Source: a virus
Lineage: Duplodnaviria > Heunggongvirae > Uroviricota > Caudoviricetes
Reading direction: 5' to 3' (one strand)
IMG/VR virus record: IMGVR_UViG_3300031992_000008
Coordinates: 64,001-128,000 of that record
DNA length: 64,000 nt
Both the position numbers and the translations under genes were made by a program. Under the pieces are notes generated by a model, which was not told the origin of the DNA, made no database searches, and saw only the letters and a list, made by a program, of their open reading frames with translations. Numbering within the stretch: the stretch's first letter is position 1; each line of letters opens with the position of its first letter. Shown in pieces: positions 56,587 through 64,000 of this stretch.

Positions 56587-57090
56587 ATGGAAATTCCTCG
56601 AATTCTGAAAGATATCAAGAATACATATTACAGAAAAGCTCTTGAAGAGCTTTTTATTTTTATGGTCGAAAGCAAGATGTTTAAGGTCTATATTCTTAGC
56701 GACTGTGTTAAATTCGTATATACGTATTCTTGCGAAATGTATAGGCTCTTTACAAGCACAAATGGCGAAGAAATCGCTAGGCTGACGAATTATCGCATTT
56801 CGTCAAGTGGTGCTTGCAGAATAGCCTTCATTAAAATAATGTCTGATCAGATACTTTTATACGTAGCCTATGAATCGCCTAACGCTCTGGAACAGAAAAA
56901 ATTTCCGGACATTAGCTTTCAGCCAGCTGGCTATTGGTATCCAATATTCTTGGATGATAATGACAAGAATTTCTTAAGAAAGCAATTTGACCATTACCAA
57001 TCGTACTTATTTAATCTTATAGCCAACCTAAAGGTTATACAATATAACCTTGATGGTGAGGCTTCTGGAGACGCTAATGTTGATGCATGA
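56587..57090 (+). CDS. Possible diverged array member
   Basis: LEELF..MVE.KMFK, IAFIKI..ILLYV, C-terminal helix; weak similarity. Confidence 0.6.
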   Translation: MEIPRILKDIKNTYYRKALEELFIFMVESKMFKVYILSDCVKFVYTYSCEMYRLFTSTNGEEIARLTNYRISSSGACRIAFIKIMSDQILLYVAYESPNALEQKKFPDISFQPAGYWYPIFLDDNDKNFLRKQFDHYQSYLFNLIANLKVIQYNLDGEASGDANVDA

Positions 57091-57526
57091 ATTAATAGAA
57101 AACAATCTCAAAGGTGATCTAAAAGACTTATTTAGGGATTTATATAGACTAGTTGATGAGAATTTTATTAAGATGTGTCAGTATCCTAACAGTCTTAAGT
57201 TCATTTTGCCTGACACCTGTGAGCTTCGTTCCAAGTTCAATATACAGAAGATCAAGGATAGCGGAATAAAAGAATTAAAGATATTTGACTCAGAACATTC
57301 AGTTGGGTACGTATGGTTTATTCAAGTAAAACCAGGATGCATAGACTTATGGGTTAAAATCTTTGGTTCAAATAGTCCTTCGAAATACAAGATCTCGCTG
57401 AATGGAGAAGGCTTTGTGAAGTCATTTTACTGGGATAACAGAACCGAGATGAAACATCTCAAATCTATTCTTGAAGAATTCCTAAACAGACTGCAGTTTC
57501 TTAAAGCAGTGCTACTAACCGATTAA
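57077..57526 (+). CDS. Paralogue-array member
   Basis: Start moved to ATG 57077. LKDLFRDLYRLVDENFIK, VWFIQV..IDLWV, LNRLQFLKAVL. Confidence 0.7.
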   Translation: MLMHELIENNLKGDLKDLFRDLYRLVDENFIKMCQYPNSLKFILPDTCELRSKFNIQKIKDSGIKELKIFDSEHSVGYVWFIQVKPGCIDLWVKIFGSNSPSKYKISLNGEGFVKSFYWDNRTEMKHLKSILEEFLNRLQFLKAVLLTD

Positions 57527-57536
57527 TGGAGAAATT

Positions 57537-58019
57537 ATGATTAAAGACCCTGTAGAATTCGCCGCTCATACTCCGGAGATAGTGCATTATTGTAGCATCA
57601 TTGATTCTCCGAAGTATAAGAAGGCAAGAGAAAAATTGACTAAAGTCTTGATCAACTTTCTCGTATATCTGGAGCGCTTCGAAATCATCGAAGAATCCTA
57701 CGATGGCGAGACTATTGGATACAGGTTTAACAGACGAAAGATAGAACAGCAAAGTTTCAAGAAAGTCATTACGAAACTGGCAGGTTGCAGACAAATCGAA
57801 AACGAAGGCTATATGTTCATGGAGTCTCGCCATGATAGAGAGACGGGAGAGACACACATCTATTTATGGAAAGATACCAATCGAGAATTGTCAGGTAAGA
57901 GACTGTTTAGACTTGGAAGTGGTAGCTGGGTTTATGCTACAGTCAATGAAATCATGTCGCTATATAACGCTCTCGTGGAATTAAGGATAGAGCTATACGA
58001 GATGGGAATGTTCAGATGA
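57537..58019 (+). CDS. Possible diverged array member
   Basis: SD GGAG; YMFMES..IYLW..LGSG..LYNALVELRIELY. Confidence 0.65.
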   Translation: MIKDPVEFAAHTPEIVHYCSIIDSPKYKKAREKLTKVLINFLVYLERFEIIEESYDGETIGYRFNRRKIEQQSFKKVITKLAGCRQIENEGYMFMESRHDRETGETHIYLWKDTNRELSGKRLFRLGSGSWVYATVNEIMSLYNALVELRIELYEMGMFR

Positions 58020-58026
58020 GGTATTT

Positions 58027-58623
58027 ATGAGTGACATTCGAAAAGTTGTCGACAACATAAATATCTTTAAGAAGCATTATAGTCTAGGCCGTATTCGAGC
58101 GATTAGCGAGGTTTCTCCGGATTGGAGTACTGACTACGTAGAAGGTCTAATGGTATGCTTGTCAGAGGAGCTTCTTAAAATCGCTATGAAGCTAGTTAGT
58201 GCCGGAGTTCTGGGCAAAGCCACAAACTCTGTGCACCATCTAGCCTTCTACTTTGACTTAGAGTTTCTTAAGATGCATAGAGAATTCGTGAGGAAATACT
58301 TTGATATCGAAGATATAAACTATATTATCCATAATAAGCATAAATTTCCGTTCATATACTTCAGATTTGAACGAAGGAAACTTATGGCTTATGTAAGATC
58401 GCATTGTCCATTTGTTTCGTATTCCGACTCATTTATCACCCTAGATCCTTTGGGCAGACGAGGAAATACTATTGCTGAGAGAATAATTACTATCGACAAA
58501 TTCTCATCTCTCAGGAATTTTCTTAATGAGTGCTTATGCAATCTAGACACATTTCTTGTAAGAAATAGAGAACCATTAGACTATAAAGGAGATGTATATG
58601 AGCTCTTCGATAGCACAGGCTAA
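58027..58623 (+). CDS. Hypothetical protein (198 aa), possibly array-related
   Basis: SD GAGG; same operon. Confidence 0.65.
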   Translation: MSDIRKVVDNINIFKKHYSLGRIRAISEVSPDWSTDYVEGLMVCLSEELLKIAMKLVSAGVLGKATNSVHHLAFYFDLEFLKMHREFVRKYFDIEDINYIIHNKHKFPFIYFRFERRKLMAYVRSHCPFVSYSDSFITLDPLGRRGNTIAERIITIDKFSSLRNFLNECLCNLDTFLVRNREPLDYKGDVYELFDSTG

Positions 58624-58999
58624 AGCCTTGCTCTATGCGACATTTGGTCATATATCCGGACAGATTGACCAATACATGAGCGAATCACACGATTTCGACG
58701 ATTATGATTTGAAAATGGATTCCTTCATCCAAGAACTTTTAGATCGAGACAATCTCAAGTATACTATGTCAAATTTTGTATTCGGAGATGTCGAATTCAT
58801 AAATGTTCTGTTAGACTATTGCAAGGAAAAGAATGAACAGATGACCCTTAGTCAGTTTGATATTGATAATGTAGAACAAGTCACAGATATCGTAATGAAA
58901 CAGATTGAGAAGTCACCTTTGGCATATACTGACCTTGGATTAAATTCTAGAGGTGTCAGGCAGTATGCTGAAGCTATTCTTTCGAAGGAAGACGAATAA
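58592..58999 (+). CDS. Hypothetical protein
   Basis: Last gene of the operon; AAGACGA/TCGTCTT hairpin plus T tract at 58989-59013. Confidence 0.7.
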   Translation: MYMSSSIAQAKALLYATFGHISGQIDQYMSESHDFDDYDLKMDSFIQELLDRDNLKYTMSNFVFGDVEFINVLLDYCKEKNEQMTLSQFDIDNVEQVTDIVMKQIEKSPLAYTDLGLNSRGVRQYAEAILSKEDE

Positions 59000-59013
59000 T
59001 CGTCTTTCTTTTT

Positions 59014-59058
59014 CGGAACATAGAAAAAAGAAAGGCTGCTGTCACCAGCCAATCTTTT
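59014..59058 (-). terminator. Intrinsic terminator, duplicated at 59632-59678
   Basis: GGCTG-GTGACAG-CAGCC followed by TTTCTTTTTT and CTATGTTCCG; ~45 nt nearly identical between the two copies. Confidence 0.85.
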
Positions 59059-59495
59059 TATCCAACGATGATGAGATCTCCACAGTTGTAATCCACCGTG
59101 TTTCCTGCGTTAAGCAAACGGGACTTGATACTGTCAAGCAGGTATTTCTTAGAATACTCTGCATCGGCGTCGCAGTCAAACCCATCTGTCATGATGCTGA
59201 TGGTGATCTTCCCAGTGGAAAGGTTGTAGTACACATTATCGTCATCGCATTTCACAGTGACGAATTCTATAGTTACCTCGATACCGTTGTCGAGATCAAG
59301 GTTATCATAGTGCTCAAGAGCAACTTCCTTGATCTTCTCCTCGATACCTGCGATGCCATGTTCATCACGACCAATAACGGTCGTGACCGTGTCTTCCAAC
59401 CAGTCATGGAGATCATTACGCACCTTTTCACGACGAGCTTTTTCTGCGGCAGTTGCGGCTTCTTTCTTGTTCTTGATTTCTTCGAAAATAGTCAT
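59058..59495 (-). CDS. Hypothetical early protein (cassette gene)
   Basis: Own promoter/leader and terminator; N-terminal coiled coil. Confidence 0.8.
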   Translation of the reverse strand: MTIFEEIKNKKEAATAAEKARREKVRNDLHDWLEDTVTTVIGRDEHGIAGIEEKIKEVALEHYDNLDLDNGIEVTIEFVTVKCDDDNVYYNLSTGKITISIMTDGFDCDADAEYSKKYLLDSIKSRLLNAGNTVDYNCGDLIIVG

Positions 59496-59611
59496 AGTAA
59501 ACCTCTTTGGGCTTGCCTCTTAATCATATCAAGAATGTGCACTCGCATCATTCAGGTATTAATCGGCATAAGTTAATATGGGATCATAGACAAAAATTTT
59601 ACGGATCTTAG
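59496..59611 (-). promoter_or_regulatory. Extended early promoter plus structured 5' leader, copy 2 (hairpin 59514-59568)
   Basis: Alignment with copies 1 and 3. Confidence 0.8.
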
Positions 59612-59631
59612 AAAAGAAAAGGCGAACTTCA

Positions 59632-59678
59632 CGGAACATAGAAAAAAAAGAAAGGCTGCTGTCACCAGCCGATCTTTT
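59632..59678 (-). terminator. Intrinsic terminator, duplicate of 59014-59058
   Basis: Same GGCTG-GTGACAG-CAGCC hairpin and tail. Confidence 0.85.
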
Positions 59679-60090
59679 AGATGCACAGAGAATACGTGAA
59701 GTATTCTTCGGAGTCTCGTTCATATCCGTTAACGGTGATGTTCCTGATATCCAGAGGGATGCCAAAGAACTTTGCCAGCGCAGTGCGCATGATCTGCACA
59801 TGGCGCATTTCGGAGAACGGCTTTTCGCCAACAGACATGAAGAGGGTCACGGAATCCCTACCAACGACGGAGTGGGGAATCTGCAGCCTGTGACCCTGAC
59901 GGATCTTTACGATGAGCTTCTTGAAGTCGTTTTCATAGGCCTTGCGCACAGCATCAGCGATATTATCGCTGCAGAGCTCAAGACGCGCAGTGTAAGTCTT
60001 GTTCAGTTCGAGACGACGTTCGGCTTCCTGCTTTTCTTTGAGTTCCTTAGCAGCGATGACTTCAGCTTTGATCTTTTCAATATTCAACAT
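59677..60090 (-). CDS. Hypothetical early protein (cassette gene)
   Basis: Own promoter/leader and terminator; N-terminal coiled coil. Confidence 0.8.
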   Translation of the reverse strand: MLNIEKIKAEVIAAKELKEKQEAERRLELNKTYTARLELCSDNIADAVRKAYENDFKKLIVKIRQGHRLQIPHSVVGRDSVTLFMSVGEKPFSEMRHVQIMRTALAKFFGIPLDIRNITVNGYERDSEEYFTYSLCI

Positions 60091-60205
60091 AATATACCTC
60101 TTAAGGTTTGCTTCATAGTAGAATCAAGATTGTACACTCGTATCAATCAGGACTATTCGGCATTAGTTAATATGGAATCATAGACAAAAATTTTACGGAT
60201 CTTAG
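60091..60205 (-). promoter_or_regulatory. Extended early promoter plus structured 5' leader, copy 3 (hairpin 60109-60162)
   Basis: Alignment with copies 1 and 2. Confidence 0.8.
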
Positions 60206-60235
60206 AAAAAGAAAAGCGGCACTAGGCCGCTATTA

Positions 60236-60493
60236 CTAGATATCCCTGCTTTCATTAAGCGTCGGAATTTCCTCCGCCTCATGAAAGCCTCCAACGATTC
60301 CGTTAGAGGAGGAAAACCGGATTTCTCCGATTTCCCCAGAAACATCATTTTTGTATTTTACAATCATTCCGTAATGACCGTCGCTTTCAATATCCGTTAC
60401 CTGACCAGAAACACCATCAGCCATGTAGACGACCGGGCGCTTCTCGACGAAAGCACGAATAAGGTTTCCGAAGGTTCTGATATCTTCAGCCAT
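60236..60493 (-). CDS. Small hypothetical protein
   Basis: Start moved to ATG 60493 behind AAAGGAG; terminator AGCGGC/GCCGCT at 60215-60231. Confidence 0.72.
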   Translation of the reverse strand: MAEDIRTFGNLIRAFVEKRPVVYMADGVSGQVTDIESDGHYGMIVKYKNDVSGEIGEIRFSSSNGIVGGFHEAEEIPTLNESRDI

Positions 60494-60518
60494 TTTTACT
60501 CCTTTGTTAATGTTTAGC

Positions 60519-60534
60519 CATAAAATAATATACA
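60519..60534 (-). promoter_or_regulatory. Putative early promoter (TATATTA class)
   Basis: TGTATATTATTTTATG, identical to 22675-22690. Confidence 0.6.
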
Positions 60535-60574
60535 AAAAAGATTCAGATATGTACAGAACATATCTGAATATAAA

Positions 60575-61012
60575 TTATCTGACTTTTTGCATAGTCCTAT
60601 CTTCAAGAGTAGTGGTAATACCAATCTCTTTTTCCGATCTTTCGATGATCTCAAATAGATCTTTTAGGTATGCAGGTTTGAGGATCTTAATACTTGGAAG
60701 ATTAAACTCCTCATGCTTTGTAAGCTTGCACATGTATAAGACTAGCCACCATAGGTCGGTGGTACCATAGTAGTCCTTAGCTACTAGTTCTGGTCTGTAC
60801 TTGTACTTTTCGTCAAGCTCTATACGCATGGTATAGCCTTCAAGAAGATCGTAGAACTTCATGAAGCAAGGAATAGGGGAATCTAGTGTAATCTCTCCAA
60901 ACTTGTAATCTTGACTAAGCCTTGATAGAATAACTGAATTTCCGGCGGCAGATGCCAACGAGTCAGCAATGTTCATTTTTGCGCCGGAGTCAATATTTGC
61001 ACTAATACTCAT
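60575..61012 (-). CDS. Baseplate wedge protein with LysM-like domain (T4 gp53/tail-X-like)
   Basis: YKYRPELVAKDYYGTTDLWWLVL. Confidence 0.8.
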   Translation of the reverse strand: MSISANIDSGAKMNIADSLASAAGNSVILSRLSQDYKFGEITLDSPIPCFMKFYDLLEGYTMRIELDEKYKYRPELVAKDYYGTTDLWWLVLYMCKLTKHEEFNLPSIKILKPAYLKDLFEIIERSEKEIGITTTLEDRTMQKVR

Positions 61013-61020
61013 AAACTCTC

Positions 61021-61638
61021 CTAGTATTTCTTATAGTACGGAAGCATTCTTAGGAAGAATGTGTTATTCCAAAAATTACTCTTTCTGAGTTCGTATTTAC
61101 TCTTTCCGGCAGTAGCGATCTTCTCATAAGCATCCCAGTTGACTACTTCATCAAAGAAGTGGATGTAACTTCTGTTTCTTCCGGTTCTTCTAAGCCAACC
61201 GGAGAATAAGGTATTCCAAAGCTTTCTCATCATTCTTTCATCTGGAACGTCTTCATAAAAGCAATCGCCAATAGCGATGACTTTACAGTTCACCAGTTGC
61301 TGAGGAAACCAGCCTTCAGCTACGCCATCTTTAAGATACCATGATCTATTTACTTCTGCCAAACCAACATGAATATCCCATTCCTTAACCACTTTTTCGA
61401 TATAGTAGTGGAATGGAACATCGCCTACACCCGGCATTACTTCTGCCCTGAAGTAGTCATCGACCATACTGTAGGTGTATTCATTGTTTCTTTTAAGCAT
61501 TGCCTGATACTTAAACTGCGGGGTCTTGCGAACCATGTTATGCAATGGTATTAATACCCAACCGACATCGATCTGGTCAGCAGTGATCAGATCGACATAG
61601 TTAAATATCTTTCTAGGGGTTTTGGTATACTCTTGCAT
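61021..61638 (-). CDS. Hypothetical protein (205 aa)
   Basis: SD AAGGA; lies within the baseplate operon. Confidence 0.7.
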   Translation of the reverse strand: MQEYTKTPRKIFNYVDLITADQIDVGWVLIPLHNMVRKTPQFKYQAMLKRNNEYTYSMVDDYFRAEVMPGVGDVPFHYYIEKVVKEWDIHVGLAEVNRSWYLKDGVAEGWFPQQLVNCKVIAIGDCFYEDVPDERMMRKLWNTLFSGWLRRTGRNRSYIHFFDEVVNWDAYEKIATAGKSKYELRKSNFWNNTFFLRMLPYYKKY

Positions 61639-61647
61639 AATATTCCT

Positions 61648-62169
61648 TTACGTAATTGCGTTGTATGTAACTGTGCCTACAAACACATCCATTGTAGCAG
61701 CTGCAGGTAGGATTACAAAGTTGCTTTTAATCTGGCTGACGATGTTTCCACAGTATTCCTTCATGTATTTCAATACATCACCTTCTTGTGCATCAAACGA
61801 AGGAGGAAAAAGGAAAGTAAACATACCGGGAGCAAAAGCCGCTGGGGTTGCTATCAGCATATTTGTAGGATCTGAATAGGTAATGATACCACCAGATACA
61901 GCTAAGGCCAGATTAGTATGAAAGGTTATATTATCTGGAGCAGGAAGGAAGATGAACGTAGGATAGTTAACCTTTCCAGTAGCAGGACAAGTCTTAGTCG
62001 CTCCGGAAGCAGGATTAGTTCCAGTAAACGTGGCTTGTACCTCAAGATTCTCTTCAAGGTAAGCCTTGATTGTTCTTTGGTACTTTCCAGCAATATCTCC
62101 ATCTTCGTTAGGGTCGGCTCCAGATATCGTATCGAAAATCTTTTTAGCCAGATCATCACCATTCAACAT
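61648..62169 (-). CDS. Putative baseplate/spike-associated structural protein
   Basis: Start moved to ATG 62169 behind GAGG; context only. Confidence 0.5.
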   Translation of the reverse strand: MLNGDDLAKKIFDTISGADPNEDGDIAGKYQRTIKAYLEENLEVQATFTGTNPASGATKTCPATGKVNYPTFIFLPAPDNITFHTNLALAVSGGIITYSDPTNMLIATPAAFAPGMFTFLFPPSFDAQEGDVLKYMKEYCGNIVSQIKSNFVILPAAATMDVFVGTVTYNAIT

Positions 62170-62178
62170 ATATAACCT

Positions 62179-62190
62179 CATTTTTAAGTT
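62179..62190 (-). promoter_or_regulatory. Putative non-virion-RNAP promoter AACT-N6-TG
   Basis: AACTTAAAAATG; divergent partner at 62197. Confidence 0.65.
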
Positions 62191-62196
62191 AGGCAT

Positions 62197-62208
62197 AACT
62201 TTTTAATG
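62197..62208 (+). promoter_or_regulatory. Putative non-virion-RNAP promoter AACT-N6-TG
   Basis: AACTTTTTAATG upstream of 62225. Confidence 0.65.
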
Positions 62209-62224
62209 AATTTCGAGGTGCCAA

Positions 62225-62635
62225 ATGAGAGAATTTACTTTTAACGTGAACAACCGTGGTGAGGCCATGGTGATCGACGATCTTAGAGCCTATGCTATCC
62301 AGCTATCATCTCTGATAATCAATTCCTCTAGAGGTCTGCCTTGTAATATCGACAGTTTCCCTGCTCTTAGATCTTTCTATCAGGAATACAATAATGCTGC
62401 TGTTATAGAACAGATCCATGATGAGATATCGAGAGCTATTAGACAGTCAATGCCTGATGTAAGCGCATCTATTGCAATAGACACCGTAGAACCTAGCGCA
62501 AAGACTGGCTTCAGACCTTATATGTCTGTCACTATCAAGTTGTCTAATAACCTAGGTGATGCCGGAACGATTGTTATGGGTGTCAATAGCAACCAGAATG
62601 GCGTGGAATTGAAAGACATTAAACTATTCAGGTAA
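62225..62635 (+). CDS. Putative baseplate wedge protein (gp25-like fold)
   Basis: Size, helix-helix-beta layout (I..EI.RAI...MP.V...I.I) and baseplate context. Confidence 0.5.
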   Translation: MREFTFNVNNRGEAMVIDDLRAYAIQLSSLIINSSRGLPCNIDSFPALRSFYQEYNNAAVIEQIHDEISRAIRQSMPDVSASIAIDTVEPSAKTGFRPYMSVTIKLSNNLGDAGTIVMGVNSNQNGVELKDIKLFR

Positions 62636-62639
62636 CTCT

Positions 62640-62810
62640 ATGCAGTATCTCAAAGATTTCCTATTGTCGATTATTGTCATCTTTGTGACATTTCTACTTC
62701 CATGGTGGTTCTTCAAAGCTGTTGGAACTAAAGAAGAATTTGCCATTTTAGGTGCCTTGATTATCTATGGTTGTATTCAAGCCATACTGATGAATGGCGG
62801 TGAAGAATAA
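62640..62810 (+). CDS. Unannotated 56-aa two-TM membrane protein
   Basis: MQYLKDFLLSIIVIFVTFLLPWWFFKAVGTKEEFAILGALIIYGCIQAILMNGGEE, translated by hand. Confidence 0.7.
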   Translation: MQYLKDFLLSIIVIFVTFLLPWWFFKAVGTKEEFAILGALIIYGCIQAILMNGGEE

Positions 62811-62844
62811 AAAGTGTATTCAAAAGAATACACTTTTATTTTTT
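62806..62844. terminator. Bidirectional terminator
   Basis: AAAAGTGTATTC-aaaa-GAATACACTTTT; abuts the stop of the frameshift ORF. Confidence 0.8.
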
Positions 62845-63111
62845 AATGTTTTTGGCAGCTGCTTCTTGGGCTTCCTTAAGTTCAGCCTTGTGTTTATACT
62901 TGGCTTCGTTAAATCGTGCCTTAGCATCAGCTAGTCCAAATAGACGATTCTGGTCTAGAGACAAGATCTCCGTCAGAGAAACTTTACCTTCAAACAACTC
63001 TAGAAGGTTGATGATGGTATCGTTCTCTGTAGCGAAGTTCTGAGCTCTTTCTTGAGCTAGGGTCTTATTCTCCTGTTTCGTCGTCTTGTCTTCCGTTTCG
63101 GAGCGCCCGAA
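62836..63111 (-). CDS. Start-less ORF: putative +1 frameshift extension (GT-like product) of the tail assembly chaperone
   Basis: Frame open from 63123 to TAA 62836 with no ATG/GTG. Reads FGRSETEDKTTKQENKTLAQERAQNFATENDTIINLLELFEGKVSLTEILSLDQNRLFGLADAKARFNEAKYKHKAELKEAQEAAAKNIKK. Confidence 0.7.
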   Translation of the reverse strand, partial: FGRSETEDKTTKQENKTLAQERAQNFATENDTIINLLELFEGKVSLTEILSLDQNRLFGLADAKARFNEAKYKHKAELKEAQEAAAKNIKK

Positions 63112-64000
63112 ACAAGAGCTTTTCTAGATCAACAGTAACGGCATCAATGTGCTGGTCGCACTGCTCGCCTGTGAACTTACCTTCCTCGTCCTTTAAAGCA
63201 CCATGACATACAGTTTCAGGAATTTCAAACTTGACGTTATACTTGTCATTAAGATTGTTGAGCATATCATCAAGCTTCTCACCAGTAGCAGAATCCAAGT
63301 TAGAAATGATTTCTGCAAGCTGTCTACGATTCTTCACCTTGACAAAGCGAACCTTTCCGTTACGCTTATAGAAAGCAATATCCGGAATAAGGGCATAGTC
63401 AATGTACATCGTCTTTTCATAGGTGATTTCGTACTTTTCATACAGAGACGGATCTGCAGAGACATCAGAGATAACTTCAAGGAAGTCTGCGATAGACGGT
63501 TCCTTAACATAGAGAAGAATCTTCTGAGCCTTGACAGGAAGCTTTTCACGCTTTGCAAGAGCCGACAGACGAATGATATCTGCTCCATTCGGAGTGTTGT
63601 TGATAACATCATGCACCTGTTTGTAAGCTTCATCGCTGTACACAGACACAAGGTTTTCAGGGTTAGCCAACACTTCAAGAGTGCTACCACATTTCGGGCA
63701 AGTGATATTGAACTTCTGGTCAGTCGGGAACGTTGCAGCATAAACACCAAAGAGGAGAGAATCAGTGTCAAGGAACGAAGTCATCTGGCACCACTTATCA
63801 AAGCTGGGCTTAGCATTGAAGCCGGAGATAGATTCAATCTGTTCCCAGATGGTCTTGTAGAACCTACGGCGTTCATTGTACATGTTTTCCGGAGCATTGA
63901 GCAATCTGGACTTTGCAAGATAGCGGAGACCAGTGAAGTTGACCTTGAGTCCAGAGTGGAGAAGCACTACGCTGTAATAGTATGCAACGGAGCTAATCAC
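63065..64000 (-). CDS. Tail/baseplate-hub assembly chaperone-like protein (T4 gp26-like), 5' end outside the window
   Basis: D.DSLLFGVYAATF...ITCPKCG, KEPSIADF, C-terminal Cys/His cluster; the frame is open at the window edge. Confidence 0.6.
   Translation of the reverse strand: MISSVAYYYSVVLLHSGLKVNFTGLRYLAKSRLLNAPENMYNERRRFYKTIWEQIESISGFNAKPSFDKWCQMTSFLDTDSLLFGVYAATFPTDQKFNITCPKCGSTLEVLANPENLVSVYSDEAYKQVHDVINNTPNGADIIRLSALAKREKLPVKAQKILLYVKEPSIADFLEVISDVSADPSLYEKYEITYEKTMYIDYALIPDIAFYKRNGKVRFVKVKNRRQLAEIISNLDSATGEKLDDMLNNLNDKYNVKFEIPETVCHGALKDEEGKFTGEQCDQHIDAVTVDLEKLLFRALRNGRQDDETGE

Noticed and set aside
1-64000. Stop-codon reassignment (alternative genetic code)
   Set aside because: Conserved enzymes are full length in code 11, and TAG and TGA end genes at expected positions, often just before terminators or overlapping starts.
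1-64000. tRNA, tmRNA or rRNA genes; nucleus-shell (chimallin) or tubulin genes
   Set aside because: No T-loop or cloverleaf pattern was seen in the short intergenic spaces and no recognisable motifs were found. They may exist outside the window.

Overview
This window is a 64-kb internal segment of an AT-rich, contractile-tailed jumbo phage of the phiKZ/AR9(PBS1)-related group, read in the standard bacterial genetic code. I saw no tRNA, rRNA, CRISPR array, intron or intein. Core genes: three split multisubunit RNA-polymerase beta' pieces from two enzymes (virion type 14438-15919; non-virion type 29445-30824 and 5214-7037), SbcC/SbcD, DnaB, RecA/UvsX, the C-terminal half of a split family-B DNA polymerase with an SSB-like partner, ATP-dependent ligase, Dda-like helicase, guanylate kinase, IF-1 and a MoxR-AAA/vWA pair. 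Structural genes: tail tube, baseplate and neck candidates, a tail-fibre module (37.9-47.0 kb) and a tail-assembly-chaperone-like gene. Accessory DNA: a four-gene glycan-modification operon, a tandem array of diverged ~160-aa paralogues, and promoter-leader-gene-terminator cassettes. The most notable signals lie outside the ORF track. (1) A ~55-nt 5'-leader hairpin occurs three times with compensatory base changes in several stems. (2) An AACT-N4-AW-T(A/G) motif sits in the correct orientation upstream of 20 genes and resembles the AR9 late promoter. (3) A start-less ORF can be reached by a +1 frameshift at TTT_CGG in the tail chaperone gene. (4) The glycosyltransferase/Stealth/DUF1919/AsnB operon has no export machinery and directly follows the fibre genes. 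All family calls come from manual motif recognition; no database search was run.
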